From NCBI GenBank assembly GCA_963755915.1, contig CAVWLP010000002.1:3104001-3168000 (forward strand): 64,000 bases of DNA. The letters run 5' to 3'. Positions 30,815 to 42,030 of the stretch are shown piece by piece. The notes beneath the pieces were generated by a model. It did no database searches, was not told the origin of the DNA, and was given only the letters and a program-made list of their open reading frames with translations. A program made the position numbers and the translations under genes. Each line of letters opens with the position of its first letter. Position 1 is the first letter of the stretch. Source of the DNA: an uncultured Phycisphaerales bacterium (GTDB lineage Bacteria; Planctomycetota; Phycisphaerae; Tepidisphaerales; Tepidisphaeraceae).

Positions 30815-31567
30815 TCAGAAATCCGGATGCAAACCCCCTTCATCCCTCCACGGCATGATCGAGGTTTCCATTGCCTTCGTCTCCACCGCCAGCGCTGAGC
30901 AATTCGCGATCAACACCTCCAAAACCTTGTTTGCGACCAGTCGATGCCCGACATCATTCGCATGCACGCCGTCCCGGTGTACGGTCCAATCCGCATCGCG
31001 ATACGAAGCCATGAGATCCACGAACAAACAATCGGTTTTTTCAGCCAGCCCTCCAATCGCCGCGTTGTATTGCCGCGAAAGCTCCGGCGATCCCTTCGCA
31101 AACGCCGGCCCGCCCAGTTGGTAATCCCGAATATGATACAGCCCCAGGAGCACAATCAGCGGCTGAAATTTCTCCCGCACCCTCCCGATGATTTTCTCCA
31201 TCTCCTGGCAATACACCGGAATCGGCGTTCCCCCGCGCATGTCATTTACGCCAAATGCAATCAGCAGCAGATCCGGCACAATCGGATTCCCATTCGCCGT
31301 ATTCGAAAGCACGTGCCTTTCCAGCCGCTCGTCCAGCGACGGCTTCTGGCTCGCAGCATAGGCGGCGCTCTTCGTCGAGATCACATTCCCCCCAATCCCC
31401 ACATTCACCATTTGCACCGGCCCACGTTGAAGTTCGCCGATCATTCCCGCGAGAAGATTGGTCCACCGGCGTTCGCGGCAACTTGCCCAGCCCCCGGCGG
31501 TAATGCTGTCACCCACCGCCACCATTATCCTGAATTCCCGACTCCACCAATCGCGTTTGGCTTGCAT
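30815..31567 (-). CDS. SGNH/GDSL hydrolase
   Basis: GDSIT, GIGG, GVND, DGVH. Confidence 0.9.
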   Translation of the reverse strand: MQAKRDWWSREFRIMVAVGDSITAGGWASCRERRWTNLLAGMIGELQRGPVQMVNVGIGGNVISTKSAAYAASQKPSLDERLERHVLSNTANGNPIVPDLLLIAFGVNDMRGGTPIPVYCQEMEKIIGRVREKFQPLIVLLGLYHIRDYQLGGPAFAKGSPELSRQYNAAIGGLAEKTDCLFVDLMASYRDADWTVHRDGVHANDVGHRLVANKVLEVLIANCSALAVETKAMETSIMPWRDEGGLHPDF

Positions 31568-31639
31568 TTTGCGGTCCTTTTTGATCGTGTGGAAACAGGC
31601 TAACCGAAATCGCATCGCCCGCGTAGAAGAGCGCCCCTC

Positions 31640-32160
31640 TCACCCCTTGGTCGTATGACTTCCCGAATGCGACCTCTTTCCGGATGATCCATCCGGATGC
31701 GACTTGGTATTCTGCTTTTTCTCAAGCCCCGCAAATCTGCGCTCCCTATCGACGAGGATATGGCGAATCATCAGGCTCTCCATCAGATGCGGATCCCGTA
31801 TTGCCAGCACCTCCACCAGCTGCCTGTGCCCAAGCTCGGTAGCCTCAAACGTCTCGGCGTATGGGTCAATCCCATAATCCACGCCGAGCGTCTGTTCCAG
31901 AAGGCGCCTCTTGCGAAAAATCGTCTTGATCAATCGATTAAAGCTCATGTCGACGAAGCATTGATGGAACTCGATTGATATGAGATCGACCGCCCGACGA
32001 TCGTTCTGTTTCGCCGCCCGCTCGCGCTGAAGACAAAGCCCCCGCAAGTGTTGTAAACGTGATTTGGTGACATGAGCGCAGGCAAGCCGCGCCGCGGCCG
32101 CTTCCAGGCAGCACCGCACATCCCATAGGTCCGCGATCTGTTCAAGAGCGCTTGCGCATT
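31640..32160 (-). pseudogene. GntR-type FCD ligand-binding domain without the HTH
   Basis: EQIADLWDVRCCLEAAAARLA, EFHQ, FNRLI, MIRHI; no wHTH upstream. Confidence 0.65.
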
Positions 32161-32219
32161 GCCGCTTTCCTTTTTGCTTCCTCGAAGCCCGATGTGAATG
32201 CCACCCTTTATTCCCCCTT

Positions 32220-33535
32220 ACCGCTGTGCCACCGATGTGATTAAAGTATCCGGTGCCGTCCTTAATCATCCGTACCGGGCCGTCGGGGGAATAGTCGTCC
32301 AGCACCTGACGGGCCACATACCATGAGCGCTGATCGGGTGGTGTCTCCCACGGGAGATCAACCCAATTGCCCGTGAGCGGCGTGGGGTTGCGATAAAACG
32401 CCAGCAGGGTGGATGGATTATCCGAATCGGCGGAAACCGTCATTTGAGCCGTGTGCGAGGCGCGATCGACATCGAGCTCCCTGCCATTGAGGAATGCCCG
32501 GCAGTTATCCGGAACATAGGCCGAGCACTGCCCGTGACCGGTGAAATTGATTTGGAACCAGTTGCCGTCTCGGCCCACGTCCTGGCCTCGAATCCGTCTT
32601 TCCTGATTCATGTAAGGAATAAAATCGGGCGGAACGCTTGTCAGGTGAAAGCGATTCTGGTCCAGCGTTGCCGTGCTGCGCAGCAGGTAAGATTTGGCTG
32701 TATCCAGCGACAGCATGGTGTTGCCGTTGTAGATCAACCAATCGGAATAGAGGCCGACTTCGGGTACCCAATCGCAAAGGATTCCCGGTCCCGGCCAACT
32801 CGACACGCCGCTGATGCGGGTGGCGATCCACTGCGGCGGGTCATTTGGTTTCTCGATGACAAAACCGCGCTTATTCCGCTGCTTTGCGTAATACGCGGTG
32901 ACGCCGTTGTCGCCCCGGAAACTGAACAGTTTTGTGACGACATCACTCGATGAGCTGGCGGTTTCGGCGGGGACCAGGCCGCCAGTCGGATGATTGTCGT
33001 ATTGGCGGAAATCCGCACGCGGCAAACGTGAATCAGGGACGAGGTTGTATTCCTCAAACGCCTTGGCGATCTCGAGCCACGACTCTTCCTTCGCTGCCGG
33101 AGGAAGCATGAATCCCCACGATTCCTCCGCGTCCATAAGCGAATTGTCCGTAGGCTCGCTATTGACCCCTTCGGCAACCACGTTCAAGAAGCGATGAAAG
33201 ATATAACCGCTGAGGGGATGACCCAGCGGCATGTGGCTCAGCGAGAAATCCGCGTCGTGCGCGTTCATTGGATTGAACTGCTCGGTCTCGACCGCACACT
33301 GCGGATAGGCTTGCTTGATTTCCTTTTCGAGCAGCATGACGCCTTGGATGGCGGTTACGCCGTCGACCAGAAATTTCCCGCTCGGCGACAGGGATTCGTC
33401 AAGGTAAATTAAATCCACCCCTGCATCGACTGCTGGTTTCATCCTTGTAATCAGGTAATCCCTCCACGGCTTATAAGCACATGAACAATAAAGGTGGCGA
33501 TGAGCGCCCTCTATGCCGTAATACGTGTCGTTTCC
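32220..33535 (-). pseudogene. Internal fragment of a large, possibly glycoside-hydrolase-like protein
   Basis: PWRDYL..GVDLIYLDES and TEQFN barrel-like segments; no credible start; runs into an unrelated FCD domain. Confidence 0.55.
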
Positions 33536-33745
33536 GTTGCCACGCCGCTGACGCAAGCGCTGCAGGATGATGAGAATCGCTCGCGAGGCATCATCGAGCG
33601 CACGCCGATGCGCCGCTGGGGCCAGCCTGCCGACGTGGCCGGCCCGGCGCTTTTCCTGTTGTCGCGTGCCGCTTCTTTCGTTACGGGCGCAATTTTACCG
33701 GTCGACGGCGGTTTTTCGATAATGTTACAGGAATTTTCCATATGA
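33536..33745 (+). pseudogene. C-terminal fragment of an SDR oxidoreductase
   Basis: TPMRRWGQPADVAGPALFLLS.AASFVTG.ILPVDGG; Rossmann fold and YxxxK absent. Confidence 0.8.
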
Positions 33746-34245
33746 CATTTGTAAACACAGTCGCAGCGCCGCTCCCCATCGACGCGGCCATGGATATTGT
33801 CGAACGCGCAATTCCCGAAGACCCTCGCGTCTGGGTTCCCCAGGCCGAAAAGGTCTGGTTCCGACCATTGATGCTCAATACCGTCAATGGCGGCTGGGCA
33901 AATCTGCTTCGCGTCCAGCGGGCCGGGGTTCTAAGCCGCCACCGCCATCCCGCGCCTGTGCACGGCTACGTCATTAAAGGCTCCTGGCGGTATCTCGAGC
34001 ATGGTTGGATCGCCGAGGCCGGCATGTACGTCTTTGAGCCCCCGGGCGAAACCCACACGCTCATCGTCGATGAAGGCGTCGAGGAGATGATCACGTTCTT
34101 CAATATTTCCGGCGCCATGATTTACCTTGACGAGGAACTGAATCAGGTGGGTTATGAAGACGTGCACACGAAAATCGAAATGTGCCGGAATCACTATAAG
34201 GCTGTGGGGCTGGGCGCCGATTACGTGAAGCGCTTCATCCGCTGA
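33742..34245 (+). CDS. Cupin, 2,4'-dihydroxyacetophenone dioxygenase-like family
   Basis: RHRHP, GSWRYLEH.W, FEPPGETHTL. Confidence 0.85.
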   Translation: MTFVNTVAAPLPIDAAMDIVERAIPEDPRVWVPQAEKVWFRPLMLNTVNGGWANLLRVQRAGVLSRHRHPAPVHGYVIKGSWRYLEHGWIAEAGMYVFEPPGETHTLIVDEGVEEMITFFNISGAMIYLDEELNQVGYEDVHTKIEMCRNHYKAVGLGADYVKRFIR

Positions 34246-34280
34246 TTGCCTCCCGGTCGCGGTTTGAGACAATCTACGCA

Positions 34281-36129
34281 TTGACCGTTCGACAGCAGCT
34301 CCAACTCGGCGCGAAGCACCATCAGGCAGGCCGATTGGCCCAAGCCGAGAAAATCTATCGATTGATTCTTGAGCAGCAACCGAACTATCCCGAGGCCATT
34401 TTTTATCTTGGCAACATCCTCGCCGACAGCGGGCGACTTGATGAAGCCATCGCTTCGTACCGTCAGGCGATTCACTTAAATCCACAGCTGCTTCAAGCGC
34501 ATCACCGGCTTGGAATCCTCCTGCATCGGACAAGAAAAAACGATGAAGCTATTGCCTCCTTCCGGTGTGCCCTGCGCATAGATCCCAACTCCGCCGCGCT
34601 GCATAACGATCTGGGTATCGCACTGCGGGATGGAGGCCAGCCGAACGATGCCATCGCGGCCTACCGCCAGGCGATTTTGCTACGGCCTGACTTTGCCGTT
34701 GCCTTTAACAATCTTGGCAATCTGCTGAAAGATATGGGAAACCTCGACGAGGCGCTCGTCGCTCACCGGCAGGCGATTCGCTCGAACCCGAAATTTGCCG
34801 AGGCGCACAACAATCTCGGAAATACCTTTAAGGAAATGGCGCTGCTGCAGGAATCCGTCGAATCGTATCGCGAAGCGATCCGCCTTCGGCCGGATTTTGA
34901 CGCGGCCTGGAGCAACCTTCTTTACGCGATCCATTTTCATCCGGGTTACGATGCGGCGGCGATTTATGAGGAGCACAAGCTCTGGAACCAGCAGCGGGCG
35001 GCGGCGTTTGGGAAGGATATTCCGCCGCATCTGAATGACCGAAATCCTGATCGGCCGCTGCGGATTGGGTACGTTTCGCCGGACTTTCGGGATCATCCTG
35101 TTGGGCGGTTCCTGGTGCCGCTGCTGTCGCAGCATGACCGTGAGGGGTTCGACGTCTATTGTTACTGCGATGTCCTGCGTCCCGATGGGATGACCGAACT
35201 GCTGCGCGGCTTTGCCACGCAGTGGAGGAACATCGTGGGGATGCCGGACGATCGGCTGGCACAGGGCATCCGCGAGGACCGGATCGACATCCTGGTGGAC
35301 CTGACGATGCACATGGCCCGCAACCGGATGCTGCTGTTTGCGCAAGCCGGCGCCGGTGCAGGTGACTTATCTGGCCTACTGCTCAACGACGGGACTGGAG
35401 ACGATGGACTATCGGCTGAGCGATCCGTACCTGGATCCGCCGGAAAGTGGCGATGGGTGCTATAGCGAGAAGACAGTGCGACTGCCAGGGACGTACTAGT
35501 GTTATCCGCTGGATGAGCGAGCGCCGGAGATCGGATCATTGCCGGCACAGAGGGATGGAGTTGTGACGTTTGGATCGCTGAACATCTTCAGCAAGAACTC
35601 GCCCCAGGCGATTCAGACCTGGCTACAGCTTCTGAAGGCGGTCCCAAAGTCGCGGTTGGTTTTGCATGCGCATCCATTCAGCCATCGGCAAAAGTTACAG
35701 AACCTGCTGAAGGAGCATGGCGTTGATCCGGGACGATTGAGGTTTGTGGAGAAGCTGTCGTTCCGGAGGTACTTGGAGGTGTACCAGGAGATCGACATTG
35801 CGCTGGACCCTTTTCCGTGCGGGGGAGGGACGACGACGTGCGATGCGCTGTGGATGGGGATACCGGTGATCACGCTTGCGGGGGGGACGGCAGTGGGGCG
35901 GGGAGGGGTGAGTATCTTGAATAATGTTGGATTGCCGGAGCTGATCGCGCAGACACCGGAGGAATATGTGCGGATTGGAGCAGAATTGACGCGGGACCTG
36001 ACGAAACTCGACCAATTGCGCCAATCGTTTCGGGAAAGGATGGGGGCCTCGCCGTTGATGGATGCGCAAGGGTTTGCGCGGGATGTGGAGGGGGCGTATC
36101 GGGAGATGTGGAGGAGGTGGTGCGACTGA
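34281..36129 (+). pseudogene. TPR + GT41 (SPINDLY/OGT-like) protein disrupted by a frameshift at ~35341 and a TAG at 35497
   Basis: TPRs, IGYVSPDFRDHPV, DILVDL, KPAPVQ (shifted frame), DIALDPFP, DALWMG. Confidence 0.8.
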
Positions 36130-36158
36130 ACAGAATGCGACACTTTGCAACACAATGC

Positions 36159-37647
36159 TAATCCCGTTCGGCACGGGGTTCGCGCAAGCAGCAAGATATT
36201 GAGATTGCGCCTTTGATCTTTTTATGGCATGCTGCCGGACGTGCAGGCAAGACTGAAGGAAAAAGAGATCCTGTGCCTCGGACATCTGCGGCGCGTCTTC
36301 GCGCTGCTGCCCACGCTGCGGGATGTGGGCTGTGAGCGGGATCGAGCCGGGAACCGCCAGCTTCACTTCGACGATTATTGCAAGCTGGTTTTGCTTTACA
36401 CCTGGAATCCGCTGATCCAATCCCTGCGGGATCTTCAGGAGGTTGCTGAAATGCCCAAGGTGGCCAAGGCGCTGGGAATTAAGCGTTTTTCCGTGGGCAG
36501 TTTCTCTGAATCGGTTCGGGTGTTCGAGCCGGGGCGTTTGACGCCGCTGATTGAGGAATTGGCGGGGGAACTGCCCCAGGCGCCGATCCGCGTCTTGCGG
36601 ACTTTGGGCAGGCGATCACGCTGGTCGACGGGACGGTGCTGACGGCGCTGAGTCGGCTGGCCAAATCCGCTTGCGGCATCGATGCGCGCTACAACACCTC
36701 CCGGGACGGGAAAGCGGTCTATGGCTGGCGTTTGCACGTTCAATTCGATCTGGAGACGTTCAAAGTCCATCGCCTCGACCGCACTGGCGCTCGCAACGCG
36801 GGGGCCAACCGTGAAAACAACGTCCTGCGGCGCAGCCTGGAAGCAGGACGGTGCTATGTAGGAGACGGCGGCTACGCCGACCGGAGCCTCTTTGCGGACA
36901 TCGCCGCGGCGCAAAGCTCCTTTGTGATGCGGGCCGCGGAAAACTCGGTGTTTGAGCTGTTTGAAGAACGATTGCTTTCACAGGAAGCATTGGACGGCGG
37001 CGTGGTGCGAGACGCGCTGGTGAAACTCGACGGCCTGGAGACGGCGGCGGATAGGGTGGTGCGACGGGTGGAAGTGCAGGTGAAACCCCATCCGCGCCGC
37101 ACGCGCAGCGGCAACAAGCCGACGGACCTGATCATCCTGTACACGAACCTGCTGGACCTGCCGGCGGAATTGATCGCCCTGATTTATCTGTACCGCTACA
37201 CCGTTGAGTTGTTCTTCCGGATCTTCAAGCAACTGCTGGGCATGCGTCACCTGCTGAGCCAACGCCAGGAGGGGATCGACATCCAAATCCACTGCGCGCT
37301 GATCGTCTGCGTGCTGATTCAGCTGATCAGCGGCAGGAAGCCGAACAAGGCGATGCGGAACATGATCGGCTGGTATCTGCTGGGGCTGGCCGAGGAACAG
37401 GACGTGCTTCGATTCCTGAACAAGCCGGATAACACCGGGATTAAGCTGAGGGCAAGAGCGGAGGCCTTGAAAAAACTGGGAGTAAACTGAAGGGGAATCC
37501 GTCGCCGCGGAGACCTCGCGGTTGATGCTGCGCTCTTGCGGACGCCGGCGTGCAGCAGGGGAAAGTAAAAGTATCTAAGCTTCAATTGTTTCGCGTCCTC
37601 CACAGCTTTGGAATGCTCCGATGAAGCCTGCGTGCCGAACGGGATTA
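36159..37647 (+). mobile_element. IS4-family insertion sequence (1489 bp)
   Basis: Perfect 17-bp terminal inverted repeats TAATCCCGTTCGGCACG (36159-36175 and 37631-37647); 9-bp flanks ACACAATGC / ACATAATGC (1 mismatch). Confidence 0.92.
36229..37490 (+). CDS. IS4-family DDE transposase, apparent frameshift at ~36582
   Basis: LVDGT, GDGGY, YLYRYTVELFFRIFK (YREK-like motif). Confidence 0.88.
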
Positions 37648-37735
37648 ACATAATGCTACACTTTTGAGAAAATTATTAGTGAATGCTAACTAATCGTTTG
37701 TGGTGTAAGACTTTGTCGGGGCGGGAGTTGGGGTG

Positions 37736-37764
37736 GATTTTAGATTTGAGATTTCACATTTGAG
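37736..37764 (+). repeat. Degenerate heptamer tandem repeat
   Basis: GATTTTA GATTTGA GATTTCA CATTTGA G. Confidence 0.55.
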
Positions 37765-37843
37765 GCGAAAGGTGTTCGATTCGTCGGGTTGTCGCGTTCT
37801 TTGGTTGCTAAGGAGTGATCTATAAAGGCACTAGCCTCGGGGC

Positions 37844-40361
37844 ATGGTAGAACCTGATGTCGTGATTGTCATGAGCGATCAGCCAAAAGCACGGGAGAAG
37901 AGTTTTGTGCGCTTTTTTTTCGCTTTAGTCAGCGCTGGTTTCGCGTTGGTTGGGACGATCCGAGTTTGTCCGGGCGAGCCGGTGGTGGCGCTGGACGCGG
38001 GGTGGAAATTTGTGCGGGGCGATCCGGCGGGAGCGGAGACGCCGCGATTCGACGACGATCAATGGACATCGGTGGACTTGCCTCATGACTGGTCGATCTT
38101 CGGGCCGATTGAGGCTGACAATCCGGCCGGCAGTCCCGGAGGCTTCTTTCCGACAGGGATCGGCTGGTATCGCAAGGCATTTGACGCGCCGCAAGCCTGG
38201 TCGGGCAAGCACGTTTCGATCCAATTCGATGGCGTCTACATGCTCTGCGGTGTCTGGATCAACGGCCATAAGCTGGGGAGGCATACCTTCGGGTTCACGC
38301 CGTTTGCTTACGATCTCACATCCTTCTTGAACATTGGCGGAAAGAACGTCGTTGCCGTGCGTGTGGACAACTCGCGGCCCTTGAATTGCCGCTGGTACAG
38401 CGGATCAGGGATCTACCGGCACGTGCGGCTGGACGTGCGCGAGCCGATTCACATTGGGCAATTCGGCGTCTTTGTTCGCACCATTGAAGTATCGGCCGGC
38501 GCTGCCAGGCTCGCCATTTCGATCACTGCTGAAAACGGCAGCGACCAACTCAATCCGCGCGTTGAATACGCGACGCAGATATTCGAGGTGGGGAAGGATG
38601 GGAATCCCGTGGGGGGCGCCGTCGCGACCTCCCTTCGGGTGGGCGCAAGTTTCGGCATCATCGATCGCGTTCGCCAGCGAACAACGACGGTCGAAACCAC
38701 ATCGACGTTGCGTGACCCGAAGCTTTGGAGCCCTGAGACCCCAAATCTGTACGTGGCGGTGACGATTGCATCGATCGAGGGCCGGATTGTGGATTCGCGG
38801 CAGACGACTTTTGGGGTGCGAACGATCGCCGTCTCGGTTGAGAAGGGTTTTGTGCTGAACGGGCGGCAGATCAAGTTGTACGGCGCCTGCGTTCACGACG
38901 ACAACGGGCCGCTGGGGGTGGCGGCTTTCGACCGAGCCGAAGTGCGGCGCGTCGAACTGCTCAAGGCGGCGGGGTTTAACGCGGTGCGCTGCGCATAATC
39001 CACCGGCTCCCGTCTTTCTGGACGCCTGCGATCGTTTAGGGCTGATCGTGATTGACGAGTGCTTCGACAGTTGGACCTATGGAAAGCTTCCAGAGGATTA
39101 CAGCGTGGATTTCGACGCCAATTGGCAGTCGGACCTCGACGCCATGATCTTGCGCGACCGCAACCATCCGTCGATCGTGATGTGGAGCGTTGGCAATGAG
39201 ATTCATGACTTTGGAAGCGCGCATGCAATGCCCAATGGGACTAGAATCGTCTGCGCGCCCGCGGGCTGGATGCAACGCGATTCCTGACAACCGCGGTCTT
39301 TTGGTACCGCAATATCGGCGGTCCGTTCGATTGGACGTGGGATGATGCCGATGCGTTGATGTCGAAGTTTGACGTGGTGGGATACAACTATGAAATCAAC
39401 CGGTACGAGAGGGACCACGTGCGAGTGCCGACGCGCATCATGGCTGGGACGGAATCGTTCCCAAGGGATTTATTCGTAAGTTGGCAGTATTCGAGCAAAC
39501 TTTCCTACGTCCTGGGGGACTTTGTCTGGTCGGGAATCGATTATCTCGGCGAATCCGGGATCGGGCGCGTATTACGCCCCGAACGAAACGGTCTACCCTC
39601 ACGCGGAGCCGATCCAGTTTCCGTATCATGGTGCATATTGCGGGGACATGGACATCACCGGCTTTCGCAAGCCGATCTCATATGCGCGAAACATTGTTTG
39701 GGATCGCGGCGAGAAGCTGTATACGAGTATCACGGAACCGACGCCGGAGGGGAAAAAGATGCGCGTCGGCCCGTGGGGCGTCGTTCCGAGCCGCGCGAGC
39801 TGGACCTGGCCGGGGTATGAAGGCAAACCGCTTGAGGTGCAGGTCTATTCGCGCTATGAGGCAGTGAGGGTATACCTCAACGACGTGCTGATGGGGGAAA
39901 AGCCGACGACGGTTGCTGAGAAATTCAGGGCTGTATTCGTGGTGCGCTACGCGGCCGGCACGTTGAGGACCGCTGGGGTACAGGAGGGTAAGGAGGTCGA
40001 GAGCAACATTCTTCGCACGGCCGGGCCGGTTTTTGGGCTGCGGCTAGGCGCGGATCGAACGGAACTAACGGCGGATGGACAGGATCTGTCGTTTATTACC
40101 GTCGAGGCGGTGGATGCCGGTGGGAATTTTCAGCCAAACGGCGATCAAATGGTGAGGTTCGCCGTCGACGGCCCGGCAACGATCGCAGGGATGGCGAGCG
40201 GCGACTATGGCGAGGTGGAGGAATACCAAGGTGATCAACGGCAACTCTTTCATGGGCGAGCCGAAATTGTGATCCGCAGCACGCGCACGCCGGGAGCGAT
40301 TGCGGTCGATGCGAGTGCGGATGGGCTGGGAGAGGGGCGGTTGGGAATTGTGAGCCGGTAG
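37844..40361 (+). CDS. GH2 beta-galactosidase-like protein, apparent frameshifts at ~38992, ~39255 and ~39566
   Basis: LPHDWSI, WYSGSGIYR, RCAHNPP (restored), NHPSIVMWSVGNE, GTES, DYLGES, C-terminal Ig domains. Confidence 0.9.
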
Positions 40362-40858
40362 GTGTTGCTGACCGTGCGGTTTTGTGGGGGATGTGACGAT
40401 CGGCGTGCTTTGTGATGCTTCGCGATTTGTGAATGCGGAGGATCCGGTGGACTGTGACTAGTTTCGGACGGAGGTGCATGAGTCGCAGGGGTGGAGGCTG
40501 GGGCGGATTTGTACGCCGCACTATTTTCGGGATCAGATGGGGATTGAGGAGGGGATTTTGAAGGGGTGAGGGAGTTTTTGGAGGGGGAGGCGCCACCGGA
40601 TGCGCTGCGGGTGACGGCGGGGTGACGGGGTATGTTTTTCGGGCCGATGGGGTATTGGGCCGGGGTACGCGGGGAATCACCGCGGCGCGTCTCGACAGGG
40701 CTCGACGAAGTCGGTGGGCGTTTCGGGATGAGATTGACTCATTGCCGAACTTTGAGAAAAAGGGTGAACTTTTCGGGGCGGGGTCCGGGGGAACGCCGGG
40801 AGAAAACGAAGAAGATTTGGTCGATGGGTGATAAGATGTCTGTGGAAAAACAGACCCT

Positions 40859-42004
40859 GTGAAAGAGCATCGCGTTGGCATCATCATGAACGGCGTCACC
40901 GGACGCATGGGGACGAACCAGCATTTGGAACGGTCAATCATGGCCATCCGCAAGCAGGGTGGGATAAGTGCGGGTGATGGAATTGTTATCGTTCCTGAAC
41001 CGATTCTTGTGGGGCGAAATGTGCGGAAGCTGAAGCAGCTTTCCGAGCGGCATGAGGGGATTGCCTATTCGACGGATGTGGAGGCGGTTCTTGGCGATCC
41101 TCATTACCAGGTTTATTTTGACGCATTGTCGACGCCACTGCGATTCGATGCGGTTAGCAGGGCGTTGGATGCGGGGAAACATGTCTATTGCGAAAAACCT
41201 GTTGCGGCCACGAGCGCCGGGGCGATAGCGCTGGTGAAAAAAGCGGAGGCGGGGGGGCTGAAAAACGGGGTGGTTCAGGACAAGCTTTGGGTGGCGGGAA
41301 TTTTGAAACTCAAGCGGCTGATCGATTCGGAGTTCTTTGGGAGGATTCTGTCGGTACGCGGGGAATTTGGATATTGGGTATTTACCGGCGAAGACCAACC
41401 GGCGCAGCGCCCGAGCTGGAACTACCGGGCGGAGGATGGGGGTGGAATTATCGTGGATGTGCTTTGCCACTGGCGGTATTTGATCGACAACCTGTTCGGC
41501 AACGTCGTGAGCATCTCATGCCTGGGAGCGACGCACATCGACCAGCGTGTGGACGAAAATGGACGGAGATACAAATGCACCGCTGATGACAGCGCCTATG
41601 TCACGATGGTGACGGACAAGAATGTGGTGTGCACGTTCAACTCGTCGTGGTGCGTGCGGGTGAGGCGAGATGATCTTTTGACTTTGCAAGTGGATGGAAC
41701 GGAAGGCTCGGCGGTGGCGGGTCTGCGCGAGTGCAAGATTCAACATGCTGCGACGACGCCAAAGCCGGTATGGAATCCTGATATCGACAACCCGATCGAT
41801 TTTTATAACGGGTGGTCAAGCGTTCCCGCGAATCAGCATTACGACAACGCGTTTAAGATGCAGTGGGAATTATTTTTGCGTCATGTGGCGGTCGGCGGGG
41901 ATTTCAAGTGGACGATGCGTGAGGCGGCCAAAGGGATTCAAATGGCGGAATTGGCGATCGAATCGTGGAAGCAGAGGAGATGGGTTGATATACCGGATCT
42001 GTAA
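40859..42004 (+). CDS. Gfo/Idh/MocA oxidoreductase
   Basis: NGVTGRMG, YCEKP, VQDKL, RPSWNY. Confidence 0.9.
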   Translation: MKEHRVGIIMNGVTGRMGTNQHLERSIMAIRKQGGISAGDGIVIVPEPILVGRNVRKLKQLSERHEGIAYSTDVEAVLGDPHYQVYFDALSTPLRFDAVSRALDAGKHVYCEKPVAATSAGAIALVKKAEAGGLKNGVVQDKLWVAGILKLKRLIDSEFFGRILSVRGEFGYWVFTGEDQPAQRPSWNYRAEDGGGIIVDVLCHWRYLIDNLFGNVVSISCLGATHIDQRVDENGRRYKCTADDSAYVTMVTDKNVVCTFNSSWCVRVRRDDLLTLQVDGTEGSAVAGLRECKIQHAATTPKPVWNPDIDNPIDFYNGWSSVPANQHYDNAFKMQWELFLRHVAVGGDFKWTMREAAKGIQMAELAIESWKQRRWVDIPDL

Positions 42005-42030
42005 GGCGAAATTTGTGACGGACGTTTCGT

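Noticed and set aside
36575-36590. Programmed frameshift in the transposase
   Set aside because: No slippery heptamer, not typical of IS4, and the break is at GCGC like the other probable errors
40362-40858. Gene or ncRNA in the G-rich gap
   Set aside because: ORFs are low-complexity and I recognised no RNA structure; left unannotated
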